The notes: a model not told the origin generated them from the letters alone. A stretch of DNA of 64,000 bases from a candidate division WOR-1 bacterium RIFCSPHIGHO2_01_FULL_53_15 (GCA_001772335.1 METM01000029.1:8401-72400), one strand, 5' to 3'. Positions 54,474 through 64,000 are shown, numbered from the stretch's first letter. Made by a program: numbers and translations.

Positions 54474-55692
54474 GTTTTATAACCTCCTTGAGCAAATGGC
54501 CCATTTTGACCGACTTGGCCTTTAGATAACGCGTGTTGTGATCGTTCGGCTTGATCTCGAGCGGCACGCGCTGATCGATCTTGAGCCCGTAACCCTCGAG
54601 ACCGACGATCTTCTTGGGATTATTGGTGATCAGCCGAATCGTGGAAAGGCCAAGGTCGGCCAGGATTTGCGCCCCGATCCCGTAATCGCGCAAATCGGCC
54701 GGGTAGCCGAGCAGCTTGTTGGCCTCGACGGTATCGTAGCCCTTTTCCTGCAGCTCATATGCGCGCAGTTTGTCCTTGAGGCCGATGCCTCTCCCTTCCT
54801 GGCGCATATAGAGCAGAACGCCCTGGCCGCAGAACTCGATCTTTGCGAGCGCTTTCTCCAGCTGTTCGCCGCAGTCACAGCGCAGAGAATGGAAGACGTC
54901 GCCGGTCAGGCATTCCGAGTGGACGCGGACAAGAACATTTTTCTTGCCGCTGACCGCTCCCTTGACAAGCGCGACATGATGCTCGCCGCATAAAAGGTCT
55001 TCGTAGCCGTAAGCCATGAATTCGCCTGATTTGGTTGGCAGTTTCGTGACCGAAGTCCGTTTGACCATCTTTTCGTGTTTCAGGCGATACGAGATCAGGT
55101 CGGCGATCGTCACGATCTTTAACTGATGTTTTTTGGCGAATTCGGAGAGTTGCGGCACCCGCGCCATCGATCCGTCGGCGCTGATGATCTCGCAGATCAC
55201 CGCCGCCGGATAAAGCCCGGCTAATTTGGCCAGGTCGACCGCCGCCTCGGTGTGCCCCGCCCGCTTTAAGACGCCGCCAGCTTTAACCCGCAGGGGGAAA
55301 ACATGCCCCGGCGTGACGAGATCGTCTTTTTTCGAGCGGGGGTTGATGAGGAGCTCAATGGTTTTGGCCCGGTCGGCCGGCGAGATCCCGGTCGTGACGC
55401 CGAAGCGCGGATTGCCGTCGACCGAAACGGTGAAAGCGGTCTTCATCGGTTCGCGGTTGTCCTCGACCATCTGGCGCAGGCCGAGCTCGTCGACACGCTC
55501 GCCCGAGAGCGGCACGCAGACCAGCCCTTTGCCTTCGGTGATCATAAAATTGACCATTGCGGGGGTGATCTTTTCGGCCGCGATGACGAGGTCGCCTTCA
55601 TTTTCCCGGTCATGGTCATCAACAACAATGACCAGCTTCCCGTTCTGGACGTCTTCTATCGCCTCGCCAATCGAATTGAATGAATTTTTCAT
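54445..55692 (-). CDS. ribBA: bifunctional 3,4-dihydroxy-2-butanone-4-phosphate synthase / GTP cyclohydrolase II
   Basis: 415 aa. [12 protein letters not shown] and [12 protein letters not shown] (DHBPS); [17 protein letters not shown] (GCH II). Confidence 0.9.
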   Translation of the reverse strand: MKNSFNSIGEAIEDVQNGKLVIVVDDHDRENEGDLVIAAEKITPAMVNFMITEGKGLVCVPLSGERVDELGLRQMVEDNREPMKTAFTVSVDGNPRFGVTTGISPADRAKTIELLINPRSKKDDLVTPGHVFPLRVKAGGVLKRAGHTEAAVDLAKLAGLYPAAVICEIISADGSMARVPQLSEFAKKHQLKIVTIADLISYRLKHEKMVKRTSVTKLPTKSGEFMAYGYEDLLCGEHHVALVKGAVSGKKNVLVRVHSECLTGDVFHSLRCDCGEQLEKALAKIEFCGQGVLLYMRQEGRGIGLKDKLRAYELQEKGYDTVEANKLLGYPADLRDYGIGAQILADLGLSTIRLITNNPKKIVGLEGYGLKIDQRVPLEIKPNDHNTRYLKAKSVKMGHLLKEVIKHGKNNRRKS

Positions 55693-55728
55693 TTCCCTGA
55701 TATCCGGATTCCCGGATATTCTGATCTC

Positions 55729-56385
55729 CTAATTATCGATCCAGCCCATCGGCAGAAAACCGACACGCATCATCGTTTCGTCGGTGATGCCTTTCGGCTC
55801 ACCCCTTAAATGTTTTTCGATATATTTTGAGAGGAGGTCAACTTCGAGATTGACCCGGTCGCCGACGCTCCGCTCGCCGAGATTCGTAGCTTTGACAGTT
55901 TGCGGGATGACGGCAATGGTGACCAGGCCGTCGCGGATGTCCGCCACGGTCAAGCTGAGCCCTTCAACGGCAATGGGACCTTTGATAACAATGTAACGGA
56001 GGAGTTCGCTGGGGACGGATAACTGCAGATCGACGCCCTCGACCCTGGCGATCTTGGCCCTGATCTCGCCGACGCCGTCAATGTGGCCGGTAACTAGATG
56101 GCCGCCCAGCCGGCCGGCGACCGGCAGCGCGCGTTCGAGATTGACTTTATCGCTGATGCGCAGGTCGCCGAGAGTGGTTTTTTTGAGGGTTTCAGCAGAG
56201 AGGTCGAATTCGGCAAAACCGCGGCGCTCGTGCGTCACTGTCAGGCAAGCGCCGTTGACGGCGATGCTGTCGCCGAACTTGAGGTCATCAAAGATTTTCG
56301 GCGCGGCGACCATCAGTTTGGCCGCCTGCTGGCCGCGGATGAGAGAGGCGACAACGCCGACCTGCTCAATTAATCCGGTGAACAT
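55729..56385 (-). CDS. ribE: riboflavin synthase (alpha chain)
   Basis: MFTGLIEQVG start, SIAVNGACLTV and a duplicated lumazine-binding repeat. Start corrected to 56385. Confidence 0.9.
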   Translation of the reverse strand: MFTGLIEQVGVVASLIRGQQAAKLMVAAPKIFDDLKFGDSIAVNGACLTVTHERRGFAEFDLSAETLKKTTLGDLRISDKVNLERALPVAGRLGGHLVTGHIDGVGEIRAKIARVEGVDLQLSVPSELLRYIVIKGPIAVEGLSLTVADIRDGLVTIAVIPQTVKATNLGERSVGDRVNLEVDLLSKYIEKHLRGEPKGITDETMMRVGFLPMGWIDN

Positions 56386-56417
56386 GATGAATATTTTATC
56401 ATAAGCGGGCGTTTTTC

Positions 56418-56822
56418 TCAAGGACTCTTGCGCAGGTAAGAGCCGAGGATGCCGTTGATGAATTTCGCCGCCTCGGGGCTGGAATATTTTTTCGCCAGCT
56501 CGACCGCTTCGTCGGCCACGACCGAGGCCGGCGTCTCTTTTGACCTAATCTCGTGGACGGCCAATCTCAGGATGCCGCGGTCGACTTTGCCGATCCGCTC
56601 AAGCGGCCAATCGATGGCGAATTCTTCAATGACCTTATCGCTGTCAGCCCGGTCCGCCCAGGCCTCGCGGGCCAGCTTTTCAGCAAAGCTTTTGGTCTCG
56701 CCAAACAGTTTCTCTTCGGCAGAGAAAATATTTTCGAGGGCTTCATCGATGCCGATATTCGCCGATTCGGCCTGGTAGAGCGCCTGCATGGCCAGGCGGC
56801 GGGCGGTGGTGCGTTTAGCCAT
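56418..56822 (-). CDS. nusB: transcription antitermination factor NusB
   Basis: 134 aa. RRLAMQALYQ, LRLAVHEI and a NusB-like C-terminus. Confidence 0.85.
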   Translation of the reverse strand: MAKRTTARRLAMQALYQAESANIGIDEALENIFSAEEKLFGETKSFAEKLAREAWADRADSDKVIEEFAIDWPLERIGKVDRGILRLAVHEIRSKETPASVVADEAVELAKKYSSPEAAKFINGILGSYLRKSP

Positions 56823-58172
56823 TTAGCCGGGGAAGCCGAAATACTCTTCGATGAACCTGGTGTTGACGCTGCCGCGGCGGAAGGCCTCGTTGCGCAGGAC
56901 TTTGAGATGAAAAGGGATCGTCGTGTGGATGCCGTCGATCACATATTCGTCGAGAGCCCGCTCCAGCCGCTGGATCGCTTCGGGCCGGTCCTTGCCCCAG
57001 GCAATCAGCTTGGCGATGAGCGAATCATAATGCGGCTGGATCATGTAGCCGGAAAAGGCGTGGCTGTCGACGCGGATGCCGGGGCCGCCGGGCGCGTGGT
57101 AGCCCTTGATCAAGCCCGGCGAAGGCATGAAGTTGCGTTCGTGGTCCTCGGCGTTGATCCGGCACTCGATGGCGTGGCCCTGGTACTTGACGTCGCCCTG
57201 GCGGATGTGGAGCTTTTCACCGGCCGCGATCAGTATTTGTTCTTTGATGATGTCGATATTGGTGATCATTTCGGTGACCGGGTGTTCGACCTGCACGCGG
57301 GTGTTCATTTCCATGAAATAGAAATGTCCGTGTTTGTCAAAGAGGAATTCGATGGTGCCAGCGCTGAAATAATTGACTGCTTTGGCCGCGCGGACCGCCG
57401 ATTCGCCTAACTTTCTCCTGGTCTTCTCATCAACCGCCGGCGAGAGCGATTCTTCGACTAATTTCTGATGTCTTCTTTGGATCGAACAGTCCCGCTCGCC
57501 TAAATAAATGGTATTGCCGTGTTTGTCGCCCAGGAGCTGGACTTCGATGTGGCGCGGATCTTCAATGAACTTTTCGACATAGATCTCCGGATTGCCGAAA
57601 GCGGCGCCGGCCTCGGCCCTGGCTGTGCGCATCAGGTGTACGAACTCTTCCGGCTGCGCGGCGACCCGCATGCCCCTGCCCCCACCGCCAGCCGTCGCCT
57701 TGATGATGACCGGATAGCCAATCTTATCGGCTATCTTTTTGGCTTCATTCTCATCCGAGATTGTCCCTGCCGAGCCCGGCACCGTCGGCACGCCGGCTTT
57801 GGCCGCCGTCTTGCGCGCCGTCGCCTTGTCGCCCATCCGGTTCATCGCGTCGACCGGCGGACCGATGAACGTGATTTTGTTGGCTTCGCAGATCTCGGCG
57901 AATTTTGAATTTTCAGCCAGGAAACCGTAGCCGGGATGTATTGCGTCGGCGCCGGAGACCTCGGCCACGCTGATGATGCCGGGGATGTTGAGATAACTTT
58001 TGTTGGGAGCGGCGGGACCGATGCAGAAAGATTCGTCGGCGATCTTGACATGGAGCGCGTCCTGGTCGGCCTCGGAATAGACCGCGACCGTGCGGATGCC
58101 CAGTTCTTTGGCGGCGCGGATGACCCGCACCGCGATTTCGCCGCGATTGGCTATTAAGATCTTTTTAAACAC
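56823..58172 (-). CDS. accC: acetyl-CoA carboxylase biotin carboxylase subunit
   Basis: 449 aa. MFKKILIANRGEIAVRVIRA, GGGGRGMR and EMNTRVQVEHPVTE motifs. Confidence 0.95.
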   Translation of the reverse strand: MFKKILIANRGEIAVRVIRAAKELGIRTVAVYSEADQDALHVKIADESFCIGPAAPNKSYLNIPGIISVAEVSGADAIHPGYGFLAENSKFAEICEANKITFIGPPVDAMNRMGDKATARKTAAKAGVPTVPGSAGTISDENEAKKIADKIGYPVIIKATAGGGGRGMRVAAQPEEFVHLMRTARAEAGAAFGNPEIYVEKFIEDPRHIEVQLLGDKHGNTIYLGERDCSIQRRHQKLVEESLSPAVDEKTRRKLGESAVRAAKAVNYFSAGTIEFLFDKHGHFYFMEMNTRVQVEHPVTEMITNIDIIKEQILIAAGEKLHIRQGDVKYQGHAIECRINAEDHERNFMPSPGLIKGYHAPGGPGIRVDSHAFSGYMIQPHYDSLIAKLIAWGKDRPEAIQRLERALDEYVIDGIHTTIPFHLKVLRNEAFRRGSVNTRFIEEYFGFPG

Positions 58173-58220
58173 GGAGTTTTGATTTTAGCATGAGGTCCGG
58201 CCCGATTGCAAATCAGGGCC

Positions 58221-59480
58221 CTAAAAGAAGATCAGGTAAAGCATTAAAAAGGAAATAAGGGTGAAACTGCCGATCGTCAGCCAGGCGACCACATTTTCCC
58301 AAGGGCTGTTGACGTTCGTCCCCATCGTTTTCTTATCGTTGATCAGCTTGAGCATGACGAAAAATATGAACGGCAGGACCATGGTGTTGAGCGCCTGCGA
58401 GGCGGTCAGGATAAAGATCATGGGGAGGTTCGGAATCAGGACCAGCAGCGTGCAGGAAAAAACGCAAAAGCCGATGATCGAATAGAACAGCGGCGCCTGT
58501 TTGAAAGAGGCGTTAACCTTGCGCTCGGTCCCCAGCACTTCCGAGATCGCGTAAGCGGTGCCCAGCGAGATGACGCAGACTCCCAGCAAAGAAGCGTTCA
58601 AAAGTCCCCAGGCGAATAAGTGCTTGGCAAATTCGCCGAGCAAGGGGCCCAGCGCCTGGGCCGCGTCGATCGCGTTCTCGATCCTGATCCCTTTGACAAA
58701 GAGTGTCGCCGCGCAGGAAATGATGATGAAGTACGCGACAAAATCGGTCCAGAACGCGCCGAACGCGACATCAAGGCGCGCGCTCCTGATGTTTTTCTTG
58801 CCCACCCCTTTGTCGACGAAATACGACTGGACGAAGAACTGCCCCCAGACCGTCAGGGTCGTGCCGATCAGGGCAGTGGCGGTAAAGATAAATTCCCGGT
58901 TCATGGGGAGCGTGGGGACAAAGCTGCCGTGCAGCATGGCGGGAATATCCGGCCGGGCGATGAACCCGTTTATAATGTAGCCGAAGAATAAAATGCAGGA
59001 CGTGAGAAAAATATTCTGGACAAAATTGAAACTGCCGCGCAGGATGACGGTCCAGACAATGACGGCAAAGACCGGCACAAAGATCAGGCGCGGGATGCGA
59101 TAGATGTCAGCGACCAAAGCGATACCGGCGACATCGGCCAGGATATTCGAATAGTTGGCGATAAAGACCAGCCCGATCAGCAGGATGGAAAACCGCAGGC
59201 CGAACTTTTCCCTGATCAGGTCGCCCAATCCTTTGCCGGTCACCACCCCCAGGCGCATCCCCATCTCCTGCGTCACGTAGAGCATAAAGGTGATGAGGAT
59301 CAGGATCCAGAGCATCTGGTAGCCGAAATGCGCGCCAGCCACCGAATAAGTCGCCACGCCGCCCGCGTCATTGTCGGCGGTGCCGGTGATGATGCCGGGC
59401 CCCACGACCGAGAAAAAGATGACGGCGCGCAGCATCCAGTAATTGAAGTCGCGGCCGGCGAACCATTTTTTTAACGCCAT
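58221..59480 (-). CDS. NRAMP-related (SLC11-like) transporter with non-canonical metal-site residues
   Basis: 419-aa polytopic ORF. The TM1 region GPGIITGTADNDAGGVATYSVAG replaces the canonical DPGN with DAGG. The TM6 region IGTTLTVWGQ lacks the canonical MPHN Met/His. Confidence 0.75.
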   Translation of the reverse strand: MALKKWFAGRDFNYWMLRAVIFFSVVGPGIITGTADNDAGGVATYSVAGAHFGYQMLWILILITFMLYVTQEMGMRLGVVTGKGLGDLIREKFGLRFSILLIGLVFIANYSNILADVAGIALVADIYRIPRLIFVPVFAVIVWTVILRGSFNFVQNIFLTSCILFFGYIINGFIARPDIPAMLHGSFVPTLPMNREFIFTATALIGTTLTVWGQFFVQSYFVDKGVGKKNIRSARLDVAFGAFWTDFVAYFIIISCAATLFVKGIRIENAIDAAQALGPLLGEFAKHLFAWGLLNASLLGVCVISLGTAYAISEVLGTERKVNASFKQAPLFYSIIGFCVFSCTLLVLIPNLPMIFILTASQALNTMVLPFIFFVMLKLINDKKTMGTNVNSPWENVVAWLTIGSFTLISFLMLYLIFF

Positions 59481-59482
59481 AT

Positions 59483-60745
59483 TTATCCTAACATCTGCCT
59501 TTTTCGTTTGGAGGTCGGCGGCAGGATCAGGTCCATCACGTCGTCAACGGTAATGATGCCCAGTATCTTTTGCTCATGGTCGACCACCGGCACGGCCAAT
59601 AAATTATATTTTGAGATGACGTCGGCCACTTCCTTCTGGTTCATTTCGGGGCTGACGGTGATAAAATCCCTGAGCATGATCTCGGAGATCGGTTTGTCCG
59701 GCGGCATAATGATCATTTTTCTCATGGAGAGGATGCCGACCAGGCGCCCGGATTCGTCAACCACGTATAAATAATAGATCGTCTCCGCTTCCGGCGCCGT
59801 CTCCCGCAGATAATTGATCACCTGCTCGACGGTCATGTTCTGCTGGAGCGCGATAAATTCCGTGGTCATCAAGCCGCCCGCCGTTTCGTCGCGGTGCTTA
59901 AGAAGCTTCCTAACCTCAACCGATCTGCGCGGCCGCATCAGGCGCAGCAGCTCCTCGGCCTTTTCGACCGGCACGTCGCCGATGATGTCCGCCGCTTCGT
60001 CGATCGGCATCTTCTCTAAGACGCCCAGCGCCTTCTTGGTATCGAGCGTCGAAATAAGCACGGCTCCGATCATCGGCTCAAGTTCGTGGAGCGCCTCGGC
60101 CGCCGTCTTTTCGGACAAGGCGGAGAAGATGGCGGTCTTTTGTTCGGCCTGCACCTGAGAGATGATCTGCGCGACGTCGGCCGGGTGAAGGTTGGTGATC
60201 GATTTGGTCGGGATCGCGATCTTGCCGCCGGAGAGGTCCTGCACGTGATCCCAGCCGATCAATTGTTCGGGGATTGTTCTCCTGAATAATCTAAAAAAAC
60301 CTGCGACAAAACTCTCTAACCCCAAACGCCTGAGCATGCCGCTTAAACCGACATCAGCCGCGATCAGGCGCACAGCCTGATCGACTTTGGCCAATTTTAG
60401 ATCGTTGACGCGGATGACGCGCGCCCCGTCGAGATCGACGACCTGCTGGTCCATGACGTCGCGGGAAAGCAGTACCTCACCCTCGCGCAGCGAGGTCAGC
60501 GGCACGCGGTCTTTGGTTGTGCGGGTCGAGACGAACTGCCGGCCGATCAGGTCGATCTCGCCGATCAGGAGGACCTTGTGCTCCTTTTTCTCGTCGCCGG
60601 TCGTGATCAGAAGACCGGTCACCCTGGGGAAGGTCTCGCCTAAAGTAATGATGATATCTTTAACGCGGCCGATATTTTCCTGCACCCGGTCGACAACCGG
60701 ATCGCCGATCAGCTCGGAGGCGAACATTTCAGAAAAGAGGACCAT
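59483..60745 (-). CDS. soluble PRC-barrel + MgtE N-domain + tandem CBS protein (no transmembrane domain)
   Basis: 420 aa. MgtE_N-like HPADVAQIISQV...LEKMPIDEAADIIGDVPVEKAEELLRLM, then two CBS modules. It ends without the MgtE TM module and lies 2 nt upstream of the NRAMP-related gene. Confidence 0.75.
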   Translation of the reverse strand: MVLFSEMFASELIGDPVVDRVQENIGRVKDIIITLGETFPRVTGLLITTGDEKKEHKVLLIGEIDLIGRQFVSTRTTKDRVPLTSLREGEVLLSRDVMDQQVVDLDGARVIRVNDLKLAKVDQAVRLIAADVGLSGMLRRLGLESFVAGFFRLFRRTIPEQLIGWDHVQDLSGGKIAIPTKSITNLHPADVAQIISQVQAEQKTAIFSALSEKTAAEALHELEPMIGAVLISTLDTKKALGVLEKMPIDEAADIIGDVPVEKAEELLRLMRPRRSVEVRKLLKHRDETAGGLMTTEFIALQQNMTVEQVINYLRETAPEAETIYYLYVVDESGRLVGILSMRKMIIMPPDKPISEIMLRDFITVSPEMNQKEVADVISKYNLLAVPVVDHEQKILGIITVDDVMDLILPPTSKRKRQMLG

Positions 60746-60769
60746 GATAAAGTTATTCTAACCCGATAA

Positions 60770-60790
60770 TTTGCGGCTGGCAACCGCAAA
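60770..60790 (-). terminator. weak hairpin between dprA and the MgtE_N/CBS gene
   Basis: TTTGCGG-ctggcaa-CCGCAAA: 7-bp stem with only a short U-rich tail on the minus strand. Confidence 0.25.
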
Positions 60791-60791
60791 A

Positions 60792-61901
60792 TCAGGCAGT
60801 CGTGTAATATTTGCCTGGCAGCTGGCGGACCGCTTTCTTGATCTCCAGCATCATTAAGAGCGAAGATGCCTGGTGGACCGGCAGGCCGGCCTCAGCGGCA
60901 ACACTGTCCAAATGTTTCGATTCGTCGGTCAATGCATCATAGATCTTCGCTTCTTCCGGCGTCAGGTTCGCCGGTCTGGTTTTTGGCGTTTGTGACTTGT
61001 TAGTTGTTTTGAAGTTTGATGTTTGAAGTTGGATGTTTAATTCCTCGAGAACGTCTTCAACCGTTTCGACAAGCTTCGCTCCTTGCTTGATCAGCCAGTG
61101 CGGCCCTTTTGATTGCTCGAGGCCCACGTTGCCCGGCACGGCAAAAACTTCCCGCCCCTGCTCCAGCGCTGCCTTGGCTGTGATCATCGCCCCGCTGTCG
61201 TAATGGCCTTCAACGACGATGACACCGAGAGAAAGCCCTGATATTATCCTGTTCCGCCGGGGGAAATTCCCTTTTTCTCCCCGCGCACCCATGGGAAATT
61301 CAGAGACCAGCGCGCCGCGGCTCTCGATCTCGCGGGACATCTCTTTATTATGCGGCGGATAAATGACATCCACCCCGCAGCCAAAGACCGCGATCGTTCG
61401 TCCATTCGCTTCGAGTGCGCCTTGATGGGCCGCCGTATCAATACCCGAGGCCAGACCCGAGACGATCGTCATGCCCAAAGCCGCCAGTTCTCCCGCGAAC
61501 TTCTTGGCCGTTTCCAGGCCGTAACGGGAAGCTCGCCTTGTGCCAACAATGGCTAACGACCTGCCGTCCGAAGGCAGAAGATCGCCTTTAACATAAAGCA
61601 CGGGCGGCGGATCATAAATATTTTTTAGGTTTTTGGGATAATTTTTGTCGGCCAGCGTGAGAATTGAGACCCTTTGCTTTTCGACCTCAGCCAGTTCGGC
61701 GGCAGGATCGAGCTGACCACGGCTTTGGATAAAGGCGGCAGCCGCCGTTCTGTTTATGCCTTCGACCGCGAAAATATCTTTTTCATCCGCTCGCCAAACC
61801 GCTTCAATTGATTCGAACCTGCCCCAGAGTTTATTAATTGTGACGGCGCCAAGGCCGGGGATCTTGTTTATCGCCAGCCAGTATTTCAGATCTTCATTCA
61901 T
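60792..61901 (-). CDS. dprA: DNA-processing protein DprA (Smf)
   Basis: NKIPGLGAVTINKL (SAM/HhH-like), the Rossmann core IVSGLASGIDTAAH...GVIVVEG, and a C-terminal winged helix. Start at MNEDLKY (61901). Confidence 0.9.
   Translation of the reverse strand: MNEDLKYWLAINKIPGLGAVTINKLWGRFESIEAVWRADEKDIFAVEGINRTAAAAFIQSRGQLDPAAELAEVEKQRVSILTLADKNYPKNLKNIYDPPPVLYVKGDLLPSDGRSLAIVGTRRASRYGLETAKKFAGELAALGMTIVSGLASGIDTAAHQGALEANGRTIAVFGCGVDVIYPPHNKEMSREIESRGALVSEFPMGARGEKGNFPRRNRIISGLSLGVIVVEGHYDSGAMITAKAALEQGREVFAVPGNVGLEQSKGPHWLIKQGAKLVETVEDVLEELNIQLQTSNFKTTNKSQTPKTRPANLTPEEAKIYDALTDESKHLDSVAAEAGLPVHQASSLLMMLEIKKAVRQLPGKYYTTA
60975..61037. repeat. heptamer array, TGAAGTT family (in the dprA linker)
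   Basis: ...GTTGTTT TGAAGTT TGATGTT TGAAGTT GGATGTT. A 23-nt block (ttgttttgaagtttgatgtttga) is identical to 51076-51098. It encodes LQTSNFKTTNKSQTPKTRP. Confidence 0.8.
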
Positions 61902-62442
61902 GCAGCGCCGATTTGAAAACCGTCTCCTGCTCCGCCTCGGCGGCCGGCAGAGGCGGCAGTGAGTCAACGTTCTCGATGCCGAAGTGACGGAGGAAGTTTT
62001 CGCTCGTCGCGTAAAGATAAGGCCGGCCGACCGTTTCGCTGCGCCCCGCTTCGCGCGCCAGTTTCTTGGCGACTAAACTCTCGATCACCCAGCCGGAATC
62101 AACGCCGCGCAGGCGCTCGATCTCCAGGCGCGTGACCGGCTGTTTGTAAGCTATTATGGCTAAGGTTTCAAGCGCCTGCGGCGAGAGCCGCGTCTCTTCT
62201 TTCGGATGAAGGATCTTCTCGACATAGTCGACATTGCCGGGGTTCGTCCCCATCAGATAGCCGCCGGCAACCTTGACCACCGTGATCCCCTTGTTTTGAG
62301 ATTCCGCCGCGAGCTCTTCCATCACCGGCAAGAGGACCTCGTTGGATAATCCGGCGACTTCACCCAATTCATCGATTGACAGCGGCTTGCGCGCGACAAA
62401 TAAGATCGACTCCAGAATGCTTTTAACTAGCGCCGTTTCCAT
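61894..62442 (-). CDS. scpB: segregation and condensation protein B
   Basis: 182 aa. ILESILFVARKPLSIDEL, LETLAIIAYKQPVTRLEIERLRGV and RPYLYATS motifs. Confidence 0.9.
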   Translation of the reverse strand: METALVKSILESILFVARKPLSIDELGEVAGLSNEVLLPVMEELAAESQNKGITVVKVAGGYLMGTNPGNVDYVEKILHPKEETRLSPQALETLAIIAYKQPVTRLEIERLRGVDSGWVIESLVAKKLAREAGRSETVGRPYLYATSENFLRHFGIENVDSLPPLPAAEAEQETVFKSALHE

Positions 62443-63166
62443 TAGCCAAAACCCCCGTTCCGAAGATGAGTATCGAGCCGAAGCGCCGCCCCTGGCGGAT
62501 ATTGATGCAGTTCTGCTTGGCCAGCTCGAGAATGGCCAGAAACGTCACGACGACCTCGAGGCGCGTCCGGCGCAGGAAAAGGTCCTCAAAAGGCAGGCCG
62601 TCGCCCCGGCCGGCGATGAGGCGCTCGATCTCGACGATGCGATCCTCAAGAGTGATCTCCTCGGCCTTGATGGGGACGATCTTTTCCCGCTCGGCGGCTT
62701 CGTGATAGACCTTCTGGAAAGCTGTGACAAGATCCCTCAAAGAAACATCTTTTAATTCGATCTCGCCTTCCACCTTTTCGCCTTCATGGCGGCCGTAGAT
62801 GCGGTCGAATATTTCCTTGCGCTGGCGCAGGTCCTGCGCGACTTTTTTATAGACCTGGTATTCCTGGATATGGGCCACCAGCGATTCTTCGATCGCGGAC
62901 TCCTCTGCCTGCCGGACGATCTCTGCCCTGGCCGGCAGCAGCCCCTTTGATTTAAGCTCGATCAAGCAGGCGGCCATAAAGATAAAATCCGAGGCCGACA
63001 GAAGCTCGGGCTTTTCCGCCCGCCAGTAGGCGAAATAAGAAGCGGTGATCTGCGCGAGAGAAACGCGGTGGATATCGATCTGTCCGTCATCGATCGCTTT
63101 GAGCAAAATGTCGAACGGCCCCTCAAAGACATCGGTCTTGACCTGGTAAGCCGTTTGTACGCTCAT
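62423..63166 (-). CDS. scpA: segregation and condensation protein A (kleisin)
   Basis: 247 aa. FEGPFDILLKAID start and a C-terminal winged helix VVVTFLAILELAK. Confidence 0.9.
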   Translation of the reverse strand: MSVQTAYQVKTDVFEGPFDILLKAIDDGQIDIHRVSLAQITASYFAYWRAEKPELLSASDFIFMAACLIELKSKGLLPARAEIVRQAEESAIEESLVAHIQEYQVYKKVAQDLRQRKEIFDRIYGRHEGEKVEGEIELKDVSLRDLVTAFQKVYHEAAEREKIVPIKAEEITLEDRIVEIERLIAGRGDGLPFEDLFLRRTRLEVVVTFLAILELAKQNCINIRQGRRFGSILIFGTGVLANGNGAS

Positions 63167-64000
63167 GCTAAACCTATCGCTTTTTTCGCTTGCGTCAAAG
63201 TCGCCGAGGCGACGGCGCGCGCCCGCTCCGCTCCGTTTTTCAATATATTATCGAGCAGTTTAGGCTCCTGCTCAAGCTCCCTGCCAGCCGCGTGGATCGG
63301 GGCCAGATATTCGATCAGGACCTGGGCCAGTTCTTTTTTGCAATCAACGCAGCCGCGCGACGCCTCACGGCATTCTTTCGCCGCTTTTTCCCTGCGGTCT
63401 CGCGCGAAGATCTTATAGTATTGATAGACCGGGCAGACATCCGGATGTCCGATATCTTCACGCTTAATGCGCTCGGGATCGGTCACCATGATGCCGACTT
63501 TTTTGCGGATCGCATCCGGCGTGTCCGAGATAGCGATCGTATTTCTGTATGATTTGCTCATCTTGCGGCCGTCGGTGCCGGGCAGGGCCGGGAATCGCGT
63601 CAGCGCCGCCTGCGGCTCTGGAAATATCTCTTTGTAAAGATAGTTGAAGCGGCGGGCGATCTCCCTTGTCAATTCAAGGTGGGGCAGTTGGTCCTCCCCC
63701 ACCGGCACCCTGCTCGCCTTGTAGATCAGGATGTCGGCCGCCTGGAGGACGGGATAGCCGAGAAAACCATAGGTGCCGAGATCTCTTTCTTTGAGCTCTT
63801 CGATCTTGCTTTTATAGGTGGGCACCCGCTCCAGCCAGGCCAGCGGCGTCAGCATGGAAAGCAGAAGATGGAGCTCGGCGTGCTCGGGCACGTCCGACTG
63901 CCTGAACAACACCGCTTTTTCCGGAGCGACGCCGGCCGAAAGCAGGTCGATCGCCGCCTGCCTGATGTCGTCCGCTAAATTTTTCGTGTCGGCGTAAGAG
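63163..64000 (-). CDS. trpS: tryptophan--tRNA ligase, C-terminal portion (5' end outside window)
   Basis: GYPVLQAADILIYKA, VPVGEDQLPHLELTREIARRFN and KMSKS motifs. The frame stays open to the window edge (..LADDIRQAAIDLLSAGVAPEKAVLFRQSDVPEH). Confidence 0.9.
   Translation of the reverse strand, partial: SYADTKNLADDIRQAAIDLLSAGVAPEKAVLFRQSDVPEHAELHLLLSMLTPLAWLERVPTYKSKIEELKERDLGTYGFLGYPVLQAADILIYKASRVPVGEDQLPHLELTREIARRFNYLYKEIFPEPQAALTRFPALPGTDGRKMSKSYRNTIAISDTPDAIRKKVGIMVTDPERIKREDIGHPDVCPVYQYYKIFARDRREKAAKECREASRGCVDCKKELAQVLIEYLAPIHAAGRELEQEPKLLDNILKNGAERARAVASATLTQAKKAIGLA

Noticed and set aside
55693-55728. FMN riboswitch ahead of the rib genes, glycine riboswitch ahead of gcvPB, M-box ahead of the MgtE_N/NRAMP pair.
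   Set aside because: The upstream gaps are too short: 36 nt before ribBA, overlap before ribE and gcvPB, 46 nt before the MgtE_N gene. None shows the conserved cores as far as I can judge by eye.
58173-58220. Imperfect hairpin GGCCCGATT...AATCAGGGCC between the NRAMP-related gene and accC, considered as a terminator.
   Set aside because: The stem is bulged and there is no U-tract on the transcribed (minus) strand. It is too weak to call.

Overview
This is a 64-kb, GC-rich chromosomal segment. Hand counts of sample lines give about 60% GC. The source looks like an uncultivated diderm bacterium, given Mla lipid transport, an LptC/LptA-like gene and a small signal-peptide beta-rich protein. I call about 70 genes and one tRNA-Ala(CGC). 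Almost all lie on the minus strand in tightly packed operons, and several junctions are ATGA start/stop overlaps. Core content, from low to high coordinates: mlaEFD, nnrD, acpS, ilvE, argS, a YtxH/DUF948 trio, pheA, dCMP deaminase, split transketolase, a dcw block (mraY-murD-ftsW-murG-murC-murB), secG, pgk, gap, rodA, trpE-like, ispA-like, hisF, ycdX-like PHP, yebC. A very large glycogen cluster follows: glgA, an NDP-sugar pyrophosphorylase/PGM-like fusion, three GH57 paralogs, DUF4912, CBM48 and galT-like. After that come tandem-domain thyX, trxA, srkA-like kinase, a glutaredoxin-like gene plus an FTRc-rubredoxin fusion, rtcB, a lipoate ligase-like gene, gcvPB, a malK-like ATPase, ribH/ribBA/ribE, nusB, accC, an NRAMP-related transporter paired with a soluble PRC/MgtE_N/CBS protein, dprA, scpBA and the 3' part of trpS. 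There are three AT-rich accessory insertions: (i) hicAB plus an orphan plus-strand radical-SAM/SPASM-like gene, (ii) a type II R-M module plus a DUF5655-like gene, (iii) dinD. Insertions (ii) and (iii) sit inside the glycogen operon. The most unusual signal is at nucleotide level. Short cassettes of tandem heptanucleotides (period 7) recur between unrelated housekeeping genes such as argS, trpE, hisF, thyX, rtcB, gcvPB, dprA, the lipoate ligase-like gene and the FTRc-rubredoxin linker. One family is read in two different frames. There is also a family of roughly 70-125-nt nested palindromic elements and two smaller hairpin families. No CRISPR array, rRNA, intact transposase or prophage was seen. 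Everything here rests on reading the sequence and recalling protein family motifs. No database search was run.
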